Of a stretch of 64,000 nucleotides of DNA, positions 18,518 through 28,843 are shown piece after piece. This DNA is from an uncultured archaeon (lineage in GTDB: Archaea > Thermoproteota > Nitrososphaeria_A > Caldarchaeales > Calditenuaceae). Positions within the stretch are counted from its first letter, which is position 1. The number at the start of each line of letters is the position of its first letter. Below the pieces are notes generated by a model. It did not search any database and was not told the origin of the DNA. It saw only the letters and a program-made list of their open reading frames with translations. The stretch is taken from assembly GCA_937921685.1 (NCBI GenBank), contig CAKZUF010000002.1, positions 19,236-83,235 of the forward strand. Direction: 5' to 3'. The position numbers and the translations under genes are program-made.

Positions 18518-19771
18518 ATGCCGGGAATAGTAGTAGTTGGTCTCCAGTGGGGGGATGAGGGAAAGGGTAAGGTGTCAGCGTATCTGGCGCGTGGGGCATC
18601 TCTGGCCGTAAGGTTTAACGGCGGAGCCAACGCAGGCCACACCGTCACGCTACCCGACAGGACGCTTAGCCTCCACATGCTCCCAGCAGCAGCGATCTCG
18701 ACCAAGTCGGCCGCCATAGGCCACGGCGTATACCTCGACATAGAAGAGATGCTCCGGGACATCGCGAAGCTAGAGGAGGCGGTGGGCAAGGTGGGAGTAG
18801 TTGTGAGCCCTAGAGCCCACCTCGTAACACCCCTACAAGTGGGCCTTGACGCCAAGATAGAGGAGATGAGGGGGGGAGGGTCCATAGGGACTACGCGGAG
18901 GGGCATCGGCCCAACCGCCCTCCACAAGTATGGTAGACTAGGGCTGAGGCTATGCGACGTGCTGGACGGAGCGGATGTTGGCGACTTAGTGAAGGTCTGG
19001 ATGAGGCTTTGGGGCGGCGTGATCCCCTTTAACCCCGAAGAGGTCTTGGCAAAAGTGAGAGGACTTGCCGAGCAGGTCAGAGGGATGGTGGGCGATGTCT
19101 CTTCACTGATTAGGACCCACCTTGCAAGTGGTGGGACGGTGATTTTCGAAGGGGCTCAGGGGACCATGCTCGACATAGACCACGGCACATACCCCTACGT
19201 CACCTCCAGCCACACCACCTCCGCCGCAGCAGCAATAGGCTCCGGGGTAGGGCTAAAGTCAATAAACATAGTGGTGGGAGTGGCAAAGGCATATACCACC
19301 AGGGTCGGGGCAGGGCCCTTCCCCACCGAGATATCAGGACCCGTAGCAGATGTGATAAGGGAGCGGGGAAGCGAGTACGGAGCCACAACGGGGAGGCCGA
19401 GGAGGATCGGTTGGCTTGACATGCCGCAGCTCAGATACGCATGCATGCTCAACGACACCGATCAAATATTCCTGACGCGGGTCGACACACTCTCAGGGCT
19501 GGAGAGGGTGAAACTCTGCGTGAAGTATGAGGGTGTGGGGGAGCCGTATCCGGAGACGGTAGAGGCTTTGAGGAGCGTGAAGCCGGTTTACCTAGAGATG
19601 GAAGGGTGGCCTCGGATTGATGAGGCTGAGAGGGAGAGGCTGAGGTTGGAGGGGTACGGAGCCCTCCATAGAGCCGCCCGTCGATACCTGGAGAAGGTCG
19701 AGGAAGAGCTTGGAACAGCCGTCAAGTATATCGGCATTGGTCCGGGAATAATGGACGTCATCGTGAAATAG
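18518..19771 (+). CDS. purA: Adenylosuccinate synthetase
   Basis: P-loop GLQWGDEGKGK, GPTAL, TTGRPRRIGWLD. Confidence 0.9.
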   Translation: MPGIVVVGLQWGDEGKGKVSAYLARGASLAVRFNGGANAGHTVTLPDRTLSLHMLPAAAISTKSAAIGHGVYLDIEEMLRDIAKLEEAVGKVGVVVSPRAHLVTPLQVGLDAKIEEMRGGGSIGTTRRGIGPTALHKYGRLGLRLCDVLDGADVGDLVKVWMRLWGGVIPFNPEEVLAKVRGLAEQVRGMVGDVSSLIRTHLASGGTVIFEGAQGTMLDIDHGTYPYVTSSHTTSAAAAIGSGVGLKSINIVVGVAKAYTTRVGAGPFPTEISGPVADVIRERGSEYGATTGRPRRIGWLDMPQLRYACMLNDTDQIFLTRVDTLSGLERVKLCVKYEGVGEPYPETVEALRSVKPVYLEMEGWPRIDEAERERLRLEGYGALHRAARRYLEKVEEELGTAVKYIGIGPGIMDVIVK

Positions 19772-19808
19772 GGCTAAACAGCCTCCTAGTCAGGTCTTTC
19801 ACCGGGAC

Positions 19809-21155
19809 ATGTTGGGATGCGGAGAGATAGAGACGGCGATCGGGGTGGAGGGCTACTATACTCGCACTCGGGGAATAGGGGGCATCATAAAGAAGCAGCC
19901 TGAAGACTTCCTAGTCTCCGAGATACTGGAGGGCGGACTTGACGCCCAAGACCTCTGGCTGAAAGACCCTCTCCCAATAGAGCCTACAAGGTACACGCTC
20001 TGGATATTGAGGAAGAGGGACATGGAGACTGTCTCAGCCATAGCCGAGCTGGCTCAAACGGTTGGAACCAAACCATCGAAGGCGAAGATATGCGGGATAA
20101 AGGATAGAAGGGCTGTGACCTTTCAATACGTGGCCCTCCCTGTGGCTAAGTTCGCGGAGGATCGTGGCCACCACGTCTCGAAGGGGTGGGAGGCATGGAG
20201 AATAGGATTTATTGATGAGCTCAACTCCTCTAGGCTTGTCGCGAATAGATTCGACATAACTATCAGGACAACTGATGCAGAATCTTCGCTCCTTACACAG
20301 TTTAAAGAGGATGTCCAGGATTCAGGTGTTCCTAACTTTTTTGGGTATCAGAGGTTCGGCCTCCTGAGACCTATAACACACCTTGTAGGAAGACTTATCG
20401 TAAAGGGAGATCTGCGCGGCGCTGTGGACACGTTTCTCGGATTCACCACAGAGTTTGAGCCTGAGCCGGTGAGGACTGCCCGAGGGACCTTTTCCGAGAC
20501 TGGTGATTATGGAGAGGCGTTAAAGAATTTCCCGCCAAGCCTGACATATGAGAGGAGGGTGCTGAGACATCTTTCCCGACTTCCCGGAGACTATTCCGGA
20601 GCCCTCAGGAGCCTCCCACTCCGCATAAGAAGGCTATTCGTCGACGCCTACTCCTCCCACATATTCAACAAGGCTCTAAGCATCACGCTCAGAGACGGCC
20701 TCCGCCTCGATGAGCCGCGCATAGGAGACCTCTTCGTCAGGATAGATAGGCACTACCGCCCCTACGGCAGGCCGCTACAGGTCACTAGCGCGAATATTGA
20801 AGAGGTGGGCGTGAGGGTCAGGAGGGGGGAGGTGGCGATAGTTCTCCCAACACCCGGCTACCTATCGTGGATTCCCAGCGGGCCGCGGGGTGGCGCGTTG
20901 AAATACGTCCTAGACGAGGAGGGCGTCTCGCCTAGGAGTTTTAGAACCAGACTTTTACCTGAAGCCTCGTCAACAGGCATGTACAGAGCTATCCAATTGA
21001 GACCTCTCAGGCTCGAGATAGAGAAGTTACAGGACTCCAGTGTTAGACTCTACCTAACACTGCCACCCTCAAGCTATGCAACGTCCCTGCTGAGAGAGCT
21101 CATGAAGAGGCGCTGCGCCCTCGCATACATTGGTAAGGAGCACTGCTACGCTTAA
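19809..21155 (+). CDS. truD: tRNA pseudouridine synthase TruD/Pus7 family
   Basis: GIKDRRAVTFQ (catalytic Asp) and NFFGYQRFG motifs. Confidence 0.85.
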   Translation: MLGCGEIETAIGVEGYYTRTRGIGGIIKKQPEDFLVSEILEGGLDAQDLWLKDPLPIEPTRYTLWILRKRDMETVSAIAELAQTVGTKPSKAKICGIKDRRAVTFQYVALPVAKFAEDRGHHVSKGWEAWRIGFIDELNSSRLVANRFDITIRTTDAESSLLTQFKEDVQDSGVPNFFGYQRFGLLRPITHLVGRLIVKGDLRGAVDTFLGFTTEFEPEPVRTARGTFSETGDYGEALKNFPPSLTYERRVLRHLSRLPGDYSGALRSLPLRIRRLFVDAYSSHIFNKALSITLRDGLRLDEPRIGDLFVRIDRHYRPYGRPLQVTSANIEEVGVRVRRGEVAIVLPTPGYLSWIPSGPRGGALKYVLDEEGVSPRSFRTRLLPEASSTGMYRAIQLRPLRLEIEKLQDSSVRLYLTLPPSSYATSLLRELMKRRCALAYIGKEHCYA

Positions 21156-21182
21156 ATCCGAGAGTCCATAATCAATTACTCG

Positions 21183-21845
21183 TTGTACATCGCAAGAGAA
21201 GAGAGGCCGCTGGCAACATTCACGATCATAGCCATAAACTTGGTAGTCTTCTTACTCACCTTCATTTTTGGCAGAGTGTTTATGATCTATAATTTCGGAC
21301 TAGTCCCAGCATCGATTATGGCCGCACCTGACCTCTCCACCCTCCTCTACGGAGTTTTAACGATCTTCACATCCATGTTCATCCACGATGGATTTCTCCA
21401 CATCTTTTTCAACATGTGGGGGCTACTGATTCTGGGGAGGGATGTTGAGATTTTGCTGGGCAGGTCTAGGTTCATTACACTGTACTTCGCCAGCGGCGTG
21501 GTAGGCGGGCTGGCATACGCTTTCACCAGCTATTACTTCCCCTCAAACAGATTCGCACCCTACATCCCCGCCGTCGGGGCCTCTGGCGCGGTGTTCGGGG
21601 TTATGGGGGCGTTCGGCGTCCTGTTTCCGAGGAGACCTCTCGCCCTATTCCTCTACCTAATACCGATCGTCGCGCCCGCTTACATTGTCATACTCGTCTT
21701 AGCCCTCCTCCAGACACTGATGGCCTTTACAATGCCTTTCAGCTCGATAGCATATACCGCACACATCGGGGGCCTCGTCATGGGGCTTGGCCTAACCGCC
21801 GCATGGGCCTCAGGCCTAAACAGGTATAGAAGCTATTATTGGTGA
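21183..21845 (+). CDS. Rhomboid family intramembrane serine protease
   Basis: Six TM helices, GASGAVFGVMG catalytic Ser motif and a downstream AHIGG His. Confidence 0.8.
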   Translation: MYIAREERPLATFTIIAINLVVFLLTFIFGRVFMIYNFGLVPASIMAAPDLSTLLYGVLTIFTSMFIHDGFLHIFFNMWGLLILGRDVEILLGRSRFITLYFASGVVGGLAYAFTSYYFPSNRFAPYIPAVGASGAVFGVMGAFGVLFPRRPLALFLYLIPIVAPAYIVILVLALLQTLMAFTMPFSSIAYTAHIGGLVMGLGLTAAWASGLNRYRSYYW

Positions 21846-21859
21846 TAAGTTGATACTTC

Positions 21860-22000
21860 CTAAAGGATCCCAAACAATACGGCGCTGATAGCCCTCCCCA
21901 GCATCCTGAACAGATCGGCGATAAAAACTGATGAAACGGCTATTAAGAGGAAGAAGAGGAACAGTGCGATCACAGAGGCCAACTCTCTCGGCTGCACCAT
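21860..22000 (-). CDS. Possible 46-aa two-TM micro-protein
   Basis: ATG ORF not in the supplied track: MVQPRELASVIALFLFFLLIAVSSVFIADLFRMLGRAISAVLFGIL. Strongly hydrophobic. Lies downstream of the topoisomerase gene on the same strand. Confidence 0.25.
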   Translation of the reverse strand: MVQPRELASVIALFLFFLLIAVSSVFIADLFRMLGRAISAVLFGIL

Positions 22001-22106
22001 AGACCCTATGATAACTCCGAGATTCCACTATATTAACGGATTCCAACACCGGTGAGCCGATTACAGGTGGTGGGGGCAGCCCAGTCCCTTCAAGGTTCTT
22101 CGTGGC

Positions 22107-23861
22107 CTACTGGGCCGGATACCTTCGACGATTATTAGCTACTAGGTGCATGGCTAGGCGCTCACCTATCCTGTCGGTCTGTGCCAGACAATTCTGTAGG
22201 AGGGGCCTGTAGATGTCGAGCGCCTTAGATAGGGCCGCTTCTAGCTGAACCTCACCCCTCTCCACACTCTTCATAAACCCCTCCACGATTCTCCGGGTAT
22301 CAGGGGTGACGAGCCTCTCATCCACCTGTTTTAAAGTCTCGATAAGGGCTTCTCCCAGCCCGGTGGGCTTAAGACCCCTTTTCTCCCTGACGACAAACCC
22401 CCTATCAATGAGGAGGGACGGGTAGAGGGGCCTTGTAGCGTCGGTGCCGAGCTCGTTTGACTCCATTATCCTTAGGAGGTCGCTCTCCGACAGCCGCGGT
22501 GGAGGCCGCGTCTCATCCTCAACCAAACGCGCCTCTACCACTTCCACCAAAGAGCCAGCCACAAGCTTAGGGAGCTGCTCTTCAGCGGGCTTAAAGTAGG
22601 GGTAGACGGTATAGAAACCGGCCGACTCCAAATACCTCCCCGCAGCCCTCAACTCTACGCCGCCAACCTTGATTACAGCGCTTTGCCGAATGACTAGCGC
22701 GTCGTCGGTAAAAGCGTTTGCAACGAATCTCCTCGCAAAATACTCCCACACAGCCCTTTCAACACCTCCACCAGTATAGGTGCCTGTCGGGTAGATGGGT
22801 GGGTGAGCGTTGTCGCTCAGCTTACCATTCCTCGGTCTAGGCTCCCTACGGAGCTCAACATCTGCCAGCACCCCTGAGTCTGCAACGGCCTTTAGACGCT
22901 TCTTAAAGTCGAAACCATCAGGATACCTGTTGGTCTCTGTCCGAGGATAGGAGAGGTAGCCTGACTGATAGAGCTGCTCCATGACCCTCATAAGGCTATG
23001 TGAGGATCTGCCAGTAATTTTTACTAAATCGCGGAGAGAATCATCTGTTCTAGCGGGCAGTGGTCGCGCTATCCTGACCCTCTCCTCGGCGTACTCTAGA
23101 ACCTCTCCAAGATTCGCGGATGAGACATCTATGATGAGGCTCTCCGCGAGAGCCTTATCCCAAACCTCACCGCTACGCGCACTGAACACGACATCACCAT
23201 ATTTCAGGACACATGCTACGTACCAATACTTCCTAGGCTTGAATCCGCGAATCATCTGCTCTCTATCGACTATGAATTTTAGGCACGGGGACTGTACTGG
23301 CCCCCAGCTGATTATGCCGGAGCCGTTTACTCTACGCCGAGCCGATAGTGTTAGTAGGCGGGTAAAGGCGGCGCCGGTGATTAGGTCGAAGGCCCTTCGG
23401 AGCTGTGCTTTGTGTACCCAGCCCCATTTGAGGTCTTTCTCTAGATTCTGCCAAGCCCTGACTATCTCATCTTCTTCGAGGGAGTTGAATCTCATTCTCC
23501 TGAATTCGGCCATGTCTCCACGGATGCTTCTATAGAGGATTACTATCTCGTATCCGATCAACTCGCCCTCGTGGTCATTATCTGTCGCCACGACCATCAA
23601 TCCTTCACGGAGATTTGAGAAGACCCGCGCTAAACGGCTGTAAGCGTATCTGTCGGACACAACTAGTCTCGTGTTCTCGGGTCTGAAAAGCTCTAACAAA
23701 TCGGAGAGACGCCACCTCGCGTACCTCTCGACTAGGTCGCAGTCCATTAAGTGGCCGCTTACGCTAGCCACTGTAACTCCCTCCTGGCCATATTTCTTTA
23801 AGACCTTGTAAATCGCCTCTGCCACCGACTTCTTCTCGGCCACCACAACGTAGCGGGGCAT
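22107..23861 (-). CDS. Type IA DNA topoisomerase (Topo III-like, no C-terminal Zn fingers)
   Basis: TOPRIM VVAEKKSVAE / TDNDHEGELIG and active-site Tyr motif GYLSYPRTETNRY. 584 aa. Confidence 0.85.
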   Translation of the reverse strand: MPRYVVVAEKKSVAEAIYKVLKKYGQEGVTVASVSGHLMDCDLVERYARWRLSDLLELFRPENTRLVVSDRYAYSRLARVFSNLREGLMVVATDNDHEGELIGYEIVILYRSIRGDMAEFRRMRFNSLEEDEIVRAWQNLEKDLKWGWVHKAQLRRAFDLITGAAFTRLLTLSARRRVNGSGIISWGPVQSPCLKFIVDREQMIRGFKPRKYWYVACVLKYGDVVFSARSGEVWDKALAESLIIDVSSANLGEVLEYAEERVRIARPLPARTDDSLRDLVKITGRSSHSLMRVMEQLYQSGYLSYPRTETNRYPDGFDFKKRLKAVADSGVLADVELRREPRPRNGKLSDNAHPPIYPTGTYTGGGVERAVWEYFARRFVANAFTDDALVIRQSAVIKVGGVELRAAGRYLESAGFYTVYPYFKPAEEQLPKLVAGSLVEVVEARLVEDETRPPPRLSESDLLRIMESNELGTDATRPLYPSLLIDRGFVVREKRGLKPTGLGEALIETLKQVDERLVTPDTRRIVEGFMKSVERGEVQLEAALSKALDIYRPLLQNCLAQTDRIGERLAMHLVANNRRRYPAQ

Positions 23862-23948
23862 GATACTATAGAGTGGAATTACCCCTCACTATTAACCCCT
23901 ACAATCATGCCAAGTAGATAAGACGCCCTTCAATACTGTTAGAGAGGA

Positions 23949-24371
23949 TTGTGCGGCGGAGGGCACTGTATAGCCTTCATCGACGGGGCATCCAGCGGCA
24001 ACCCCGGACCCTCTGCATACGCATACTTGATCAGGCATGGCGAGGACATTTTAAGAGGGGCTGGGTACCTAGGCCGGGCCACAAACAATTACGCCGAATA
24101 TCAGGCGCTTCTCCACTGTCTGAGACGGGCCATCAGGCTGCGCTGCAGATCGATCAGCGTATATAGCGACAGTCAGCTCCTCGTGAGACAGATATTGGGC
24201 GAGTATAGGGTCAGAGACCAGCGGCTGAGGCAGCTCAGGGAGGAGGCGGTTGAGCTCATAAGACGCTTCCAGTCCTTCGAGATAAAACACATACCGCGGG
24301 AGTTAAACTCGGATGCTAATAGGCTGGCAGCTGAGGCCCTATCTAAGGCTCTAAAGGAGAAAGAGGAGTAG
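23949..24371 (+). CDS. rnhA: Ribonuclease HI (type 1)
   Basis: FIDGASSGNPGPSAYAY, NNYAEYQALL, YSDSQLLVRQ and NSDANRLA give the DEDD pattern of RNase H1. Confidence 0.85.
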   Translation: MCGGGHCIAFIDGASSGNPGPSAYAYLIRHGEDILRGAGYLGRATNNYAEYQALLHCLRRAIRLRCRSISVYSDSQLLVRQILGEYRVRDQRLRQLREEAVELIRRFQSFEIKHIPRELNSDANRLAAEALSKALKEKEE

Positions 24372-24412
24372 GTGGATGAGGTTGAAATACAGCAACTTTA
24401 AATCAGAAAACT

Positions 24413-24799
24413 GTGAGGAAATATATCATCGGAGCCACTGACGTTAAGATAGTTACGCTCGGCCTCTCACTGTATAGAGAGCTCCTACTCGAGACTGCGC
24501 GCAGATTCCTCTCAGGGTACAACGTGAGTTATGAGTTGAAGGAGGCGATACATAGGGAGGTTGAAGCGCTGGAGAACCTCCTTAACAACATGAACCCCGA
24601 GACGGAGTTCGTATTGCACAATCCGGATGAGGAGACCAAGCAGGTCCTGCTGAGCGGCTGTAAAGTCTTCGCCACACTTCTCGAGACGGTTAAGGCTAGA
24701 TTAACCAGGCGGGGTGTGAGACTTGACATAAAGGAGCTAGATTATCTCGAGAAGCGGCTTAAAGGTTTGTTAGAATCGCCCATCCTCTCGGAGTCTTAG
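24413..24799 (+). CDS. Hypothetical protein
   Basis: 128-aa helical-looking ORF. No family recognised. Confidence 0.35.
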   Translation: MRKYIIGATDVKIVTLGLSLYRELLLETARRFLSGYNVSYELKEAIHREVEALENLLNNMNPETEFVLHNPDEETKQVLLSGCKVFATLLETVKARLTRRGVRLDIKELDYLEKRLKGLLESPILSES

Positions 24800-24805
24800 A
24801 AGGGC

Positions 24806-25798
24806 CTATCCACCCAGAGTGTACATTGGCCTGATGTGTTGTGGCAGCTCTCCAGTTTTTAGCAGCGTCTCCACGCCTCTAAACTTCCGGCTGAAGGCCC
24901 ATCTTATGAACTCCCTTATCTCTTCGTCGGGGGCTCCAGACCTTAGCAGCGGCTTAAGGTCGTACTCGTCTCTGCTAAACATGCACGGCACGAGTTTCCC
25001 ATCGGCTTTAACCCGCACCCTGTCACAATCGGAGCAGAAAGGCTCTGAGATGGAGGAGACCAGGCCGATCTCTCCCAGCTGGGAGTCCTTGAAGCCGTAG
25101 TATCGGGTGGTTGAGCCGTGCTCCCTGGGCTTCGGGTAGAGTTGATACTTCTTAGACAGTATATCAAGTATCTCAGATGCCTTCACCACTCTCTCTAAAC
25201 CCCATAGCCTCTCACCGTCAAAAGGCATAAACTCGATAAACTTGACCGTAATTCCCGTCCTCCTTGACAGCTCTGCAAAGTCGAGAAGCTCGTCATCATT
25301 GCAGCCCCTGACCACGACAGCGTTAATCTTTACCCTGAGCCCCACATCCCTCGCGGCGGCTATGCCCTCAACTATCCTGTTGAAGACACCCTTGACGCCT
25401 ACTATTTCCTCGAACCTTTCCGGCTTGAGGCTGTGGAGGCTGACCGTCACTCCGCTTAGCCCGGCCTCCGCTAGCGCATTCGCAAAGGACTTTAGATAGA
25501 AGCCGTTAGTCGTCATAGTGACCTCTTCGACTCCCGGGGTTGATGCAATCGTCTTGACAAGCTTCTCCACCCCTCTTCTGACAAGCGGCTCTCCACCCGT
25601 CAGCCTGACACGAGACACGCCCATTGATGCAAGAATCCTCACAACACGGGCGAGCTCCTCGAAACTGAGCACCTCGCCTCTGGGTATCCAGACCGGCTCC
25701 TTGGGCATGCAGAAGCTACACCTGAAGTTACACCTATCAGTTACTGAAAGTCTAAGCTTCCTGGCTGCGCGACCATACCCGTCAACCAGCTGACTCAA
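24806..25798 (-). CDS. moaA: GTP 3',8-cyclase MoaA (molybdenum cofactor biosynthesis, radical SAM)
   Basis: CNFRCSFCMP radical SAM cluster, C-terminal CSDCDRVRVKADGKLVPC second cluster, terminal GG. Confidence 0.9.
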   Translation of the reverse strand: MSQLVDGYGRAARKLRLSVTDRCNFRCSFCMPKEPVWIPRGEVLSFEELARVVRILASMGVSRVRLTGGEPLVRRGVEKLVKTIASTPGVEEVTMTTNGFYLKSFANALAEAGLSGVTVSLHSLKPERFEEIVGVKGVFNRIVEGIAAARDVGLRVKINAVVVRGCNDDELLDFAELSRRTGITVKFIEFMPFDGERLWGLERVVKASEILDILSKKYQLYPKPREHGSTTRYYGFKDSQLGEIGLVSSISEPFCSDCDRVRVKADGKLVPCMFSRDEYDLKPLLRSGAPDEEIREFIRWAFSRKFRGVETLLKTGELPQHIRPMYTLGG

Positions 25799-25963
25799 CA
25801 GACCACACTTATTCTATGGAGGAGTTAACACATATAAACCTCACACATCTAGCCATTCAGGATAGGGCAGCCTAGAGGGTTGCAATCTGCTCACATGGGA
25901 TCGATGGTACGGTGAGATAGATTTAAACGATGCCTCTGAGGCTTATAAACGTAGGTGATGTGA

Positions 25964-26692
25964 TTGGCTGCTCTCGGGATGGCTGGTGCATATGACAGGG
26001 CGATTACTGTCTTTTCGCCTCAAGGCCGCCTATACCAAGTAGAGTACGCTCTTGAGACTGTCAAGTCAGGCTCAACCGCGGTTGGGATCTGCGTAAATGA
26101 GGGTGTGGTCCTCGCAGTTGAGGAGAGGGCTTACAGCAAGCTTCAGAACCCGAGCTACACTCAGAAGCTCTTCCAGATTGACGAGCACATAGGTGCTGCG
26201 AGTTCAGGACTGATCTCAGACGCGAGGATTCTTGTCGACAGCGCGCGGGTCTACGCCCAGATATACAGGCTTACATATGATGAGCCTCCGAGTGTTGAGG
26301 CTATAGCAAAGAGGGTGGGCGACACTATGCAGCTTTACACCCAGCATGCCGGTGTGAGACCTTTCGGGGTAGCCTTCTTGATAGGCGGGGTGGGAAGCGA
26401 TGGGGCCAGTCTTTTTTACACTGAGCCGAGTGGCGTCGTTATGAAGTATGGCGGCTGGTCAATAGGTAGAGGTAGCGAGAAGGTAAAGGAGCTTCTGGAG
26501 AACCTCTACGACCCCAACATGACGCTCGAAGAGGCCAAGCTGTTGTGTGTGAGAGCACTTGTCCAGAGTGTTGAGAAAACCGACGAGAAATGGTCGGCCA
26601 AAATAGTGGTGATACCGACCAGCACTAGGCTCTATACGCCTCTGAGCCAAGAAGAGGTCAACAGGCTGGTAGAACAGGCCCTCAAAGGGTAG
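25964..26692 (+). CDS. psmA: Proteasome alpha subunit
   Basis: AYDRAITVFSPQGRLYQVEYA signature. First gene of the exosome/proteasome superoperon. Confidence 0.9.
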   Translation: MAALGMAGAYDRAITVFSPQGRLYQVEYALETVKSGSTAVGICVNEGVVLAVEERAYSKLQNPSYTQKLFQIDEHIGAASSGLISDARILVDSARVYAQIYRLTYDEPPSVEAIAKRVGDTMQLYTQHAGVRPFGVAFLIGGVGSDGASLFYTEPSGVVMKYGGWSIGRGSEKVKELLENLYDPNMTLEEAKLLCVRALVQSVEKTDEKWSAKIVVIPTSTRLYTPLSQEEVNRLVEQALKG

Positions 26693-26703
26693 GGATAGCC
26701 AAG

Positions 26704-26713
26704 AATATAAATA
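26704..26713 (+). promoter_or_regulatory. Candidate TATA box upstream of the SBDS gene
   Basis: AATATAAATA lies ~35 nt upstream of the TTG start at 26744. Confidence 0.3.
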
Positions 26714-26743
26714 ACATTCCTCACAAATTAGGTTGATAAAACG

Positions 26744-27442
26744 TTGAGCAAGAGATATACCGTTGCGAGGATATCCAAGAGTGGAAATACCTTTGAGGTG
26801 TTAGTTGACCCTGATGTGGCATTGAGGGTAAAGATGGGTGAGAATCTTCCCCCCTCTAAGTTCTTGGTGTATGAGGAGGTTTACAGGGACTCGAAAAAGG
26901 GTATCAGAGCCAATGCAAACGAGCTCATGAAGTCTTTCGGAACCACCAACATCCAAGATATAGCATTGAAGATAGTTAGGGAAGGTGATCTGCAGATAAC
27001 GGCTGAGCAGAGAAGGAGGCTAATCGAGGAGAAGAAGCGGCAGATAATCGATTTCCTAAGCAAACACGCCATCGACCCCAGAACGAACACGCCCATCCCA
27101 CCCCAGAGACTGGAGCTCTCACTTGAAGAGGCGGGAGTATCGATCGACCCTTTCCTCGACGCCAAGAAGCAGGTTCCGAAGGTGTTAGAGAAGTTGAGGA
27201 TGGTTCTGCCCATAAAGTTAGGCGTCTCCACCTTCTCGATACGGGTGCCAAACGACGCTCAGCCCGCTGTCTATAGACACTTAAAACCCCTGGGCAAGAT
27301 TCTGAAGGAGGAGTGGGGGCAGGATGGTTGGTGGAGGTGTGAGCTAGAAGCGCCTGCTGGATTGATTACAGATTTGGTGGAGTTGGTAAACAGGTATACC
27401 GCTGGGAGGGGAGAAGTTAAACCCATGGGTGAGGCAAAATGA
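26744..27442 (+). CDS. SBDS/Sdo1 ribosome maturation protein
   Basis: N-terminal FYSH-domain pattern VARISKSGNTFEVLVDPDVALRVKMGE. Conserved position between psmA and rrp4. Confidence 0.85.
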   Translation: MSKRYTVARISKSGNTFEVLVDPDVALRVKMGENLPPSKFLVYEEVYRDSKKGIRANANELMKSFGTTNIQDIALKIVREGDLQITAEQRRRLIEEKKRQIIDFLSKHAIDPRTNTPIPPQRLELSLEEAGVSIDPFLDAKKQVPKVLEKLRMVLPIKLGVSTFSIRVPNDAQPAVYRHLKPLGKILKEEWGQDGWWRCELEAPAGLITDLVELVNRYTAGRGEVKPMGEAK

Positions 27443-28113
27443 GCATACATGTCCGTGAAAGAGAGGTTGTTACGCCGGGCCAGCTGCTGTCGGATGACCC
27501 GCGCTCAGCAGGGGCCTATACCTACGTGTACAACGGGAAAGTGTACGCCGCGGTTGCCGGAATAATACAGTTCAGGGACTCGAAAGTAAACATTCTACCA
27601 GCAAAATCTCCATACAAGCCTAGCGAGTCGGACAACGTGGTAGGCATAATAACCGACCTTAAGCCAAGCCACTATGAAGTCGACTTGGGGTGGCACCTAG
27701 TCGGATTCCTCCATACGGCGGGGAAAAGGACGCGGACACGTCTCCAGATCGGCGACGTCGTCTACACCCGTGTGAAATACTCGGGGGTCAGGGGTGTGTT
27801 CCTCGAGGGGGGGCGCGAGTTGGTGAAGATTGATCGGGGCCTCTTGATCCGTGTCAGCCCCGTCAAGATCCCCCGCATCATTGGCAAGAAAGGCAGCATG
27901 CTCCAGGTTTTAAGCAGCGAGTCAGGCTGCAAACTCTATGTCGGCAGGAACGGTCTAATAGCGATTGTAGGTGATAGTCCCGAGAAGGAGTTTGCCGTAG
28001 CCTCTGCCATCAGGATGATTGAGAGCGAGAGCCACCTCCCCGGCCTCACCGAGCGCGTCACACATCACATCAGGAAGAAGATCATTGGTGGTGAGATTGT
28101 TGGAGAAGGTTGA
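27439..28113 (+). CDS. rrp4: Exosome RNA-binding subunit Rrp4 (S1 + KH)
   Basis: VTPGQLL start, S1 region and KH motif [11 protein letters not shown]. Confidence 0.85.
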   Translation: MSIHVREREVVTPGQLLSDDPRSAGAYTYVYNGKVYAAVAGIIQFRDSKVNILPAKSPYKPSESDNVVGIITDLKPSHYEVDLGWHLVGFLHTAGKRTRTRLQIGDVVYTRVKYSGVRGVFLEGGRELVKIDRGLLIRVSPVKIPRIIGKKGSMLQVLSSESGCKLYVGRNGLIAIVGDSPEKEFAVASAIRMIESESHLPGLTERVTHHIRKKIIGGEIVGEG

Positions 28114-28837
28114 GCATAGGCTGATCACGGAGGATGGTAGGAGGATAGACGGCCGAGCGCTGGACGAGATGCGGCCAGTACGCATCGAGGCAGGCGTACT
28201 GGACAGGAGCGACGGCTCAGCCTACATCGAGATGGGCAAGACCAAGATATACGCGGCGGTGTATGGGCCTAAAGAAGCCCATCCGCGACACCTAGCACAG
28301 CCGCACAAGGCGATACTCAACTGCAGATACCACATGGCCGCCTTCAGCGTTGAGGGAAGAAAGGCCCCGGGAATGACTAGAAGGGAGATAGAGCTGAGCA
28401 AAGTCATACGAGAGGCCTTGGAGAGTATAGTGATTCTGGAGGAGTTCCCACGATCAGCCATCGACATATTCATAGAAGTTATACAGGCGGATGCGGGCAC
28501 GAGGACAGCCGGGCTCACTGCCGCCTCACTAGCCCTAGCAGACGCAGGGATTCCAATCCTCGACCTCTGCGCCGGAATAGCTGTCGGCAAGGTGGAGGGC
28601 AGGATTGTCTTGGACCCAAGCGAGGAGGAGGATAAGAGGGGTGAGGCGGACATGCCCGTTGCAATGGCTCCTCGGCTCGGATCGATTGTGTTACTACAGC
28701 TTAATGGAAGGATGACCAGCTCGGAGTTCACGGAGGCCTTGAACTTGGCCAAAAAAGGTATAGGTGTACTCTACGAGCTTCAGAGGAAGGCGTTAGGGAA
28801 GAAGTTTGCCACCTTCACGCCGGCGGGTGAGGAGTGA
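28088..28837 (+). CDS. rrp41: Exosome catalytic subunit Rrp41 (RNase PH fold)
   Basis: [36 protein letters not shown]. The track ORF starts at 28019 inside rrp4. A GTG/TTG start at 28088-28100 gives the normal ~245-aa length. Confidence 0.85.
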   Translation: MVRLLEKVEHRLITEDGRRIDGRALDEMRPVRIEAGVLDRSDGSAYIEMGKTKIYAAVYGPKEAHPRHLAQPHKAILNCRYHMAAFSVEGRKAPGMTRREIELSKVIREALESIVILEEFPRSAIDIFIEVIQADAGTRTAGLTAASLALADAGIPILDLCAGIAVGKVEGRIVLDPSEEEDKRGEADMPVAMAPRLGSIVLLQLNGRMTSSEFTEALNLAKKGIGVLYELQRKALGKKFATFTPAGEE

Positions 28838-28843
28838 TCGGCG

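Noticed and set aside
21816-22049. 77-aa minus-strand ORF from the track
   Set aside because: It has no motif and no hydrophobic or structural pattern. It overlaps the rhomboid 3' end. The 46-codon TM ORF in another frame explains the region better.
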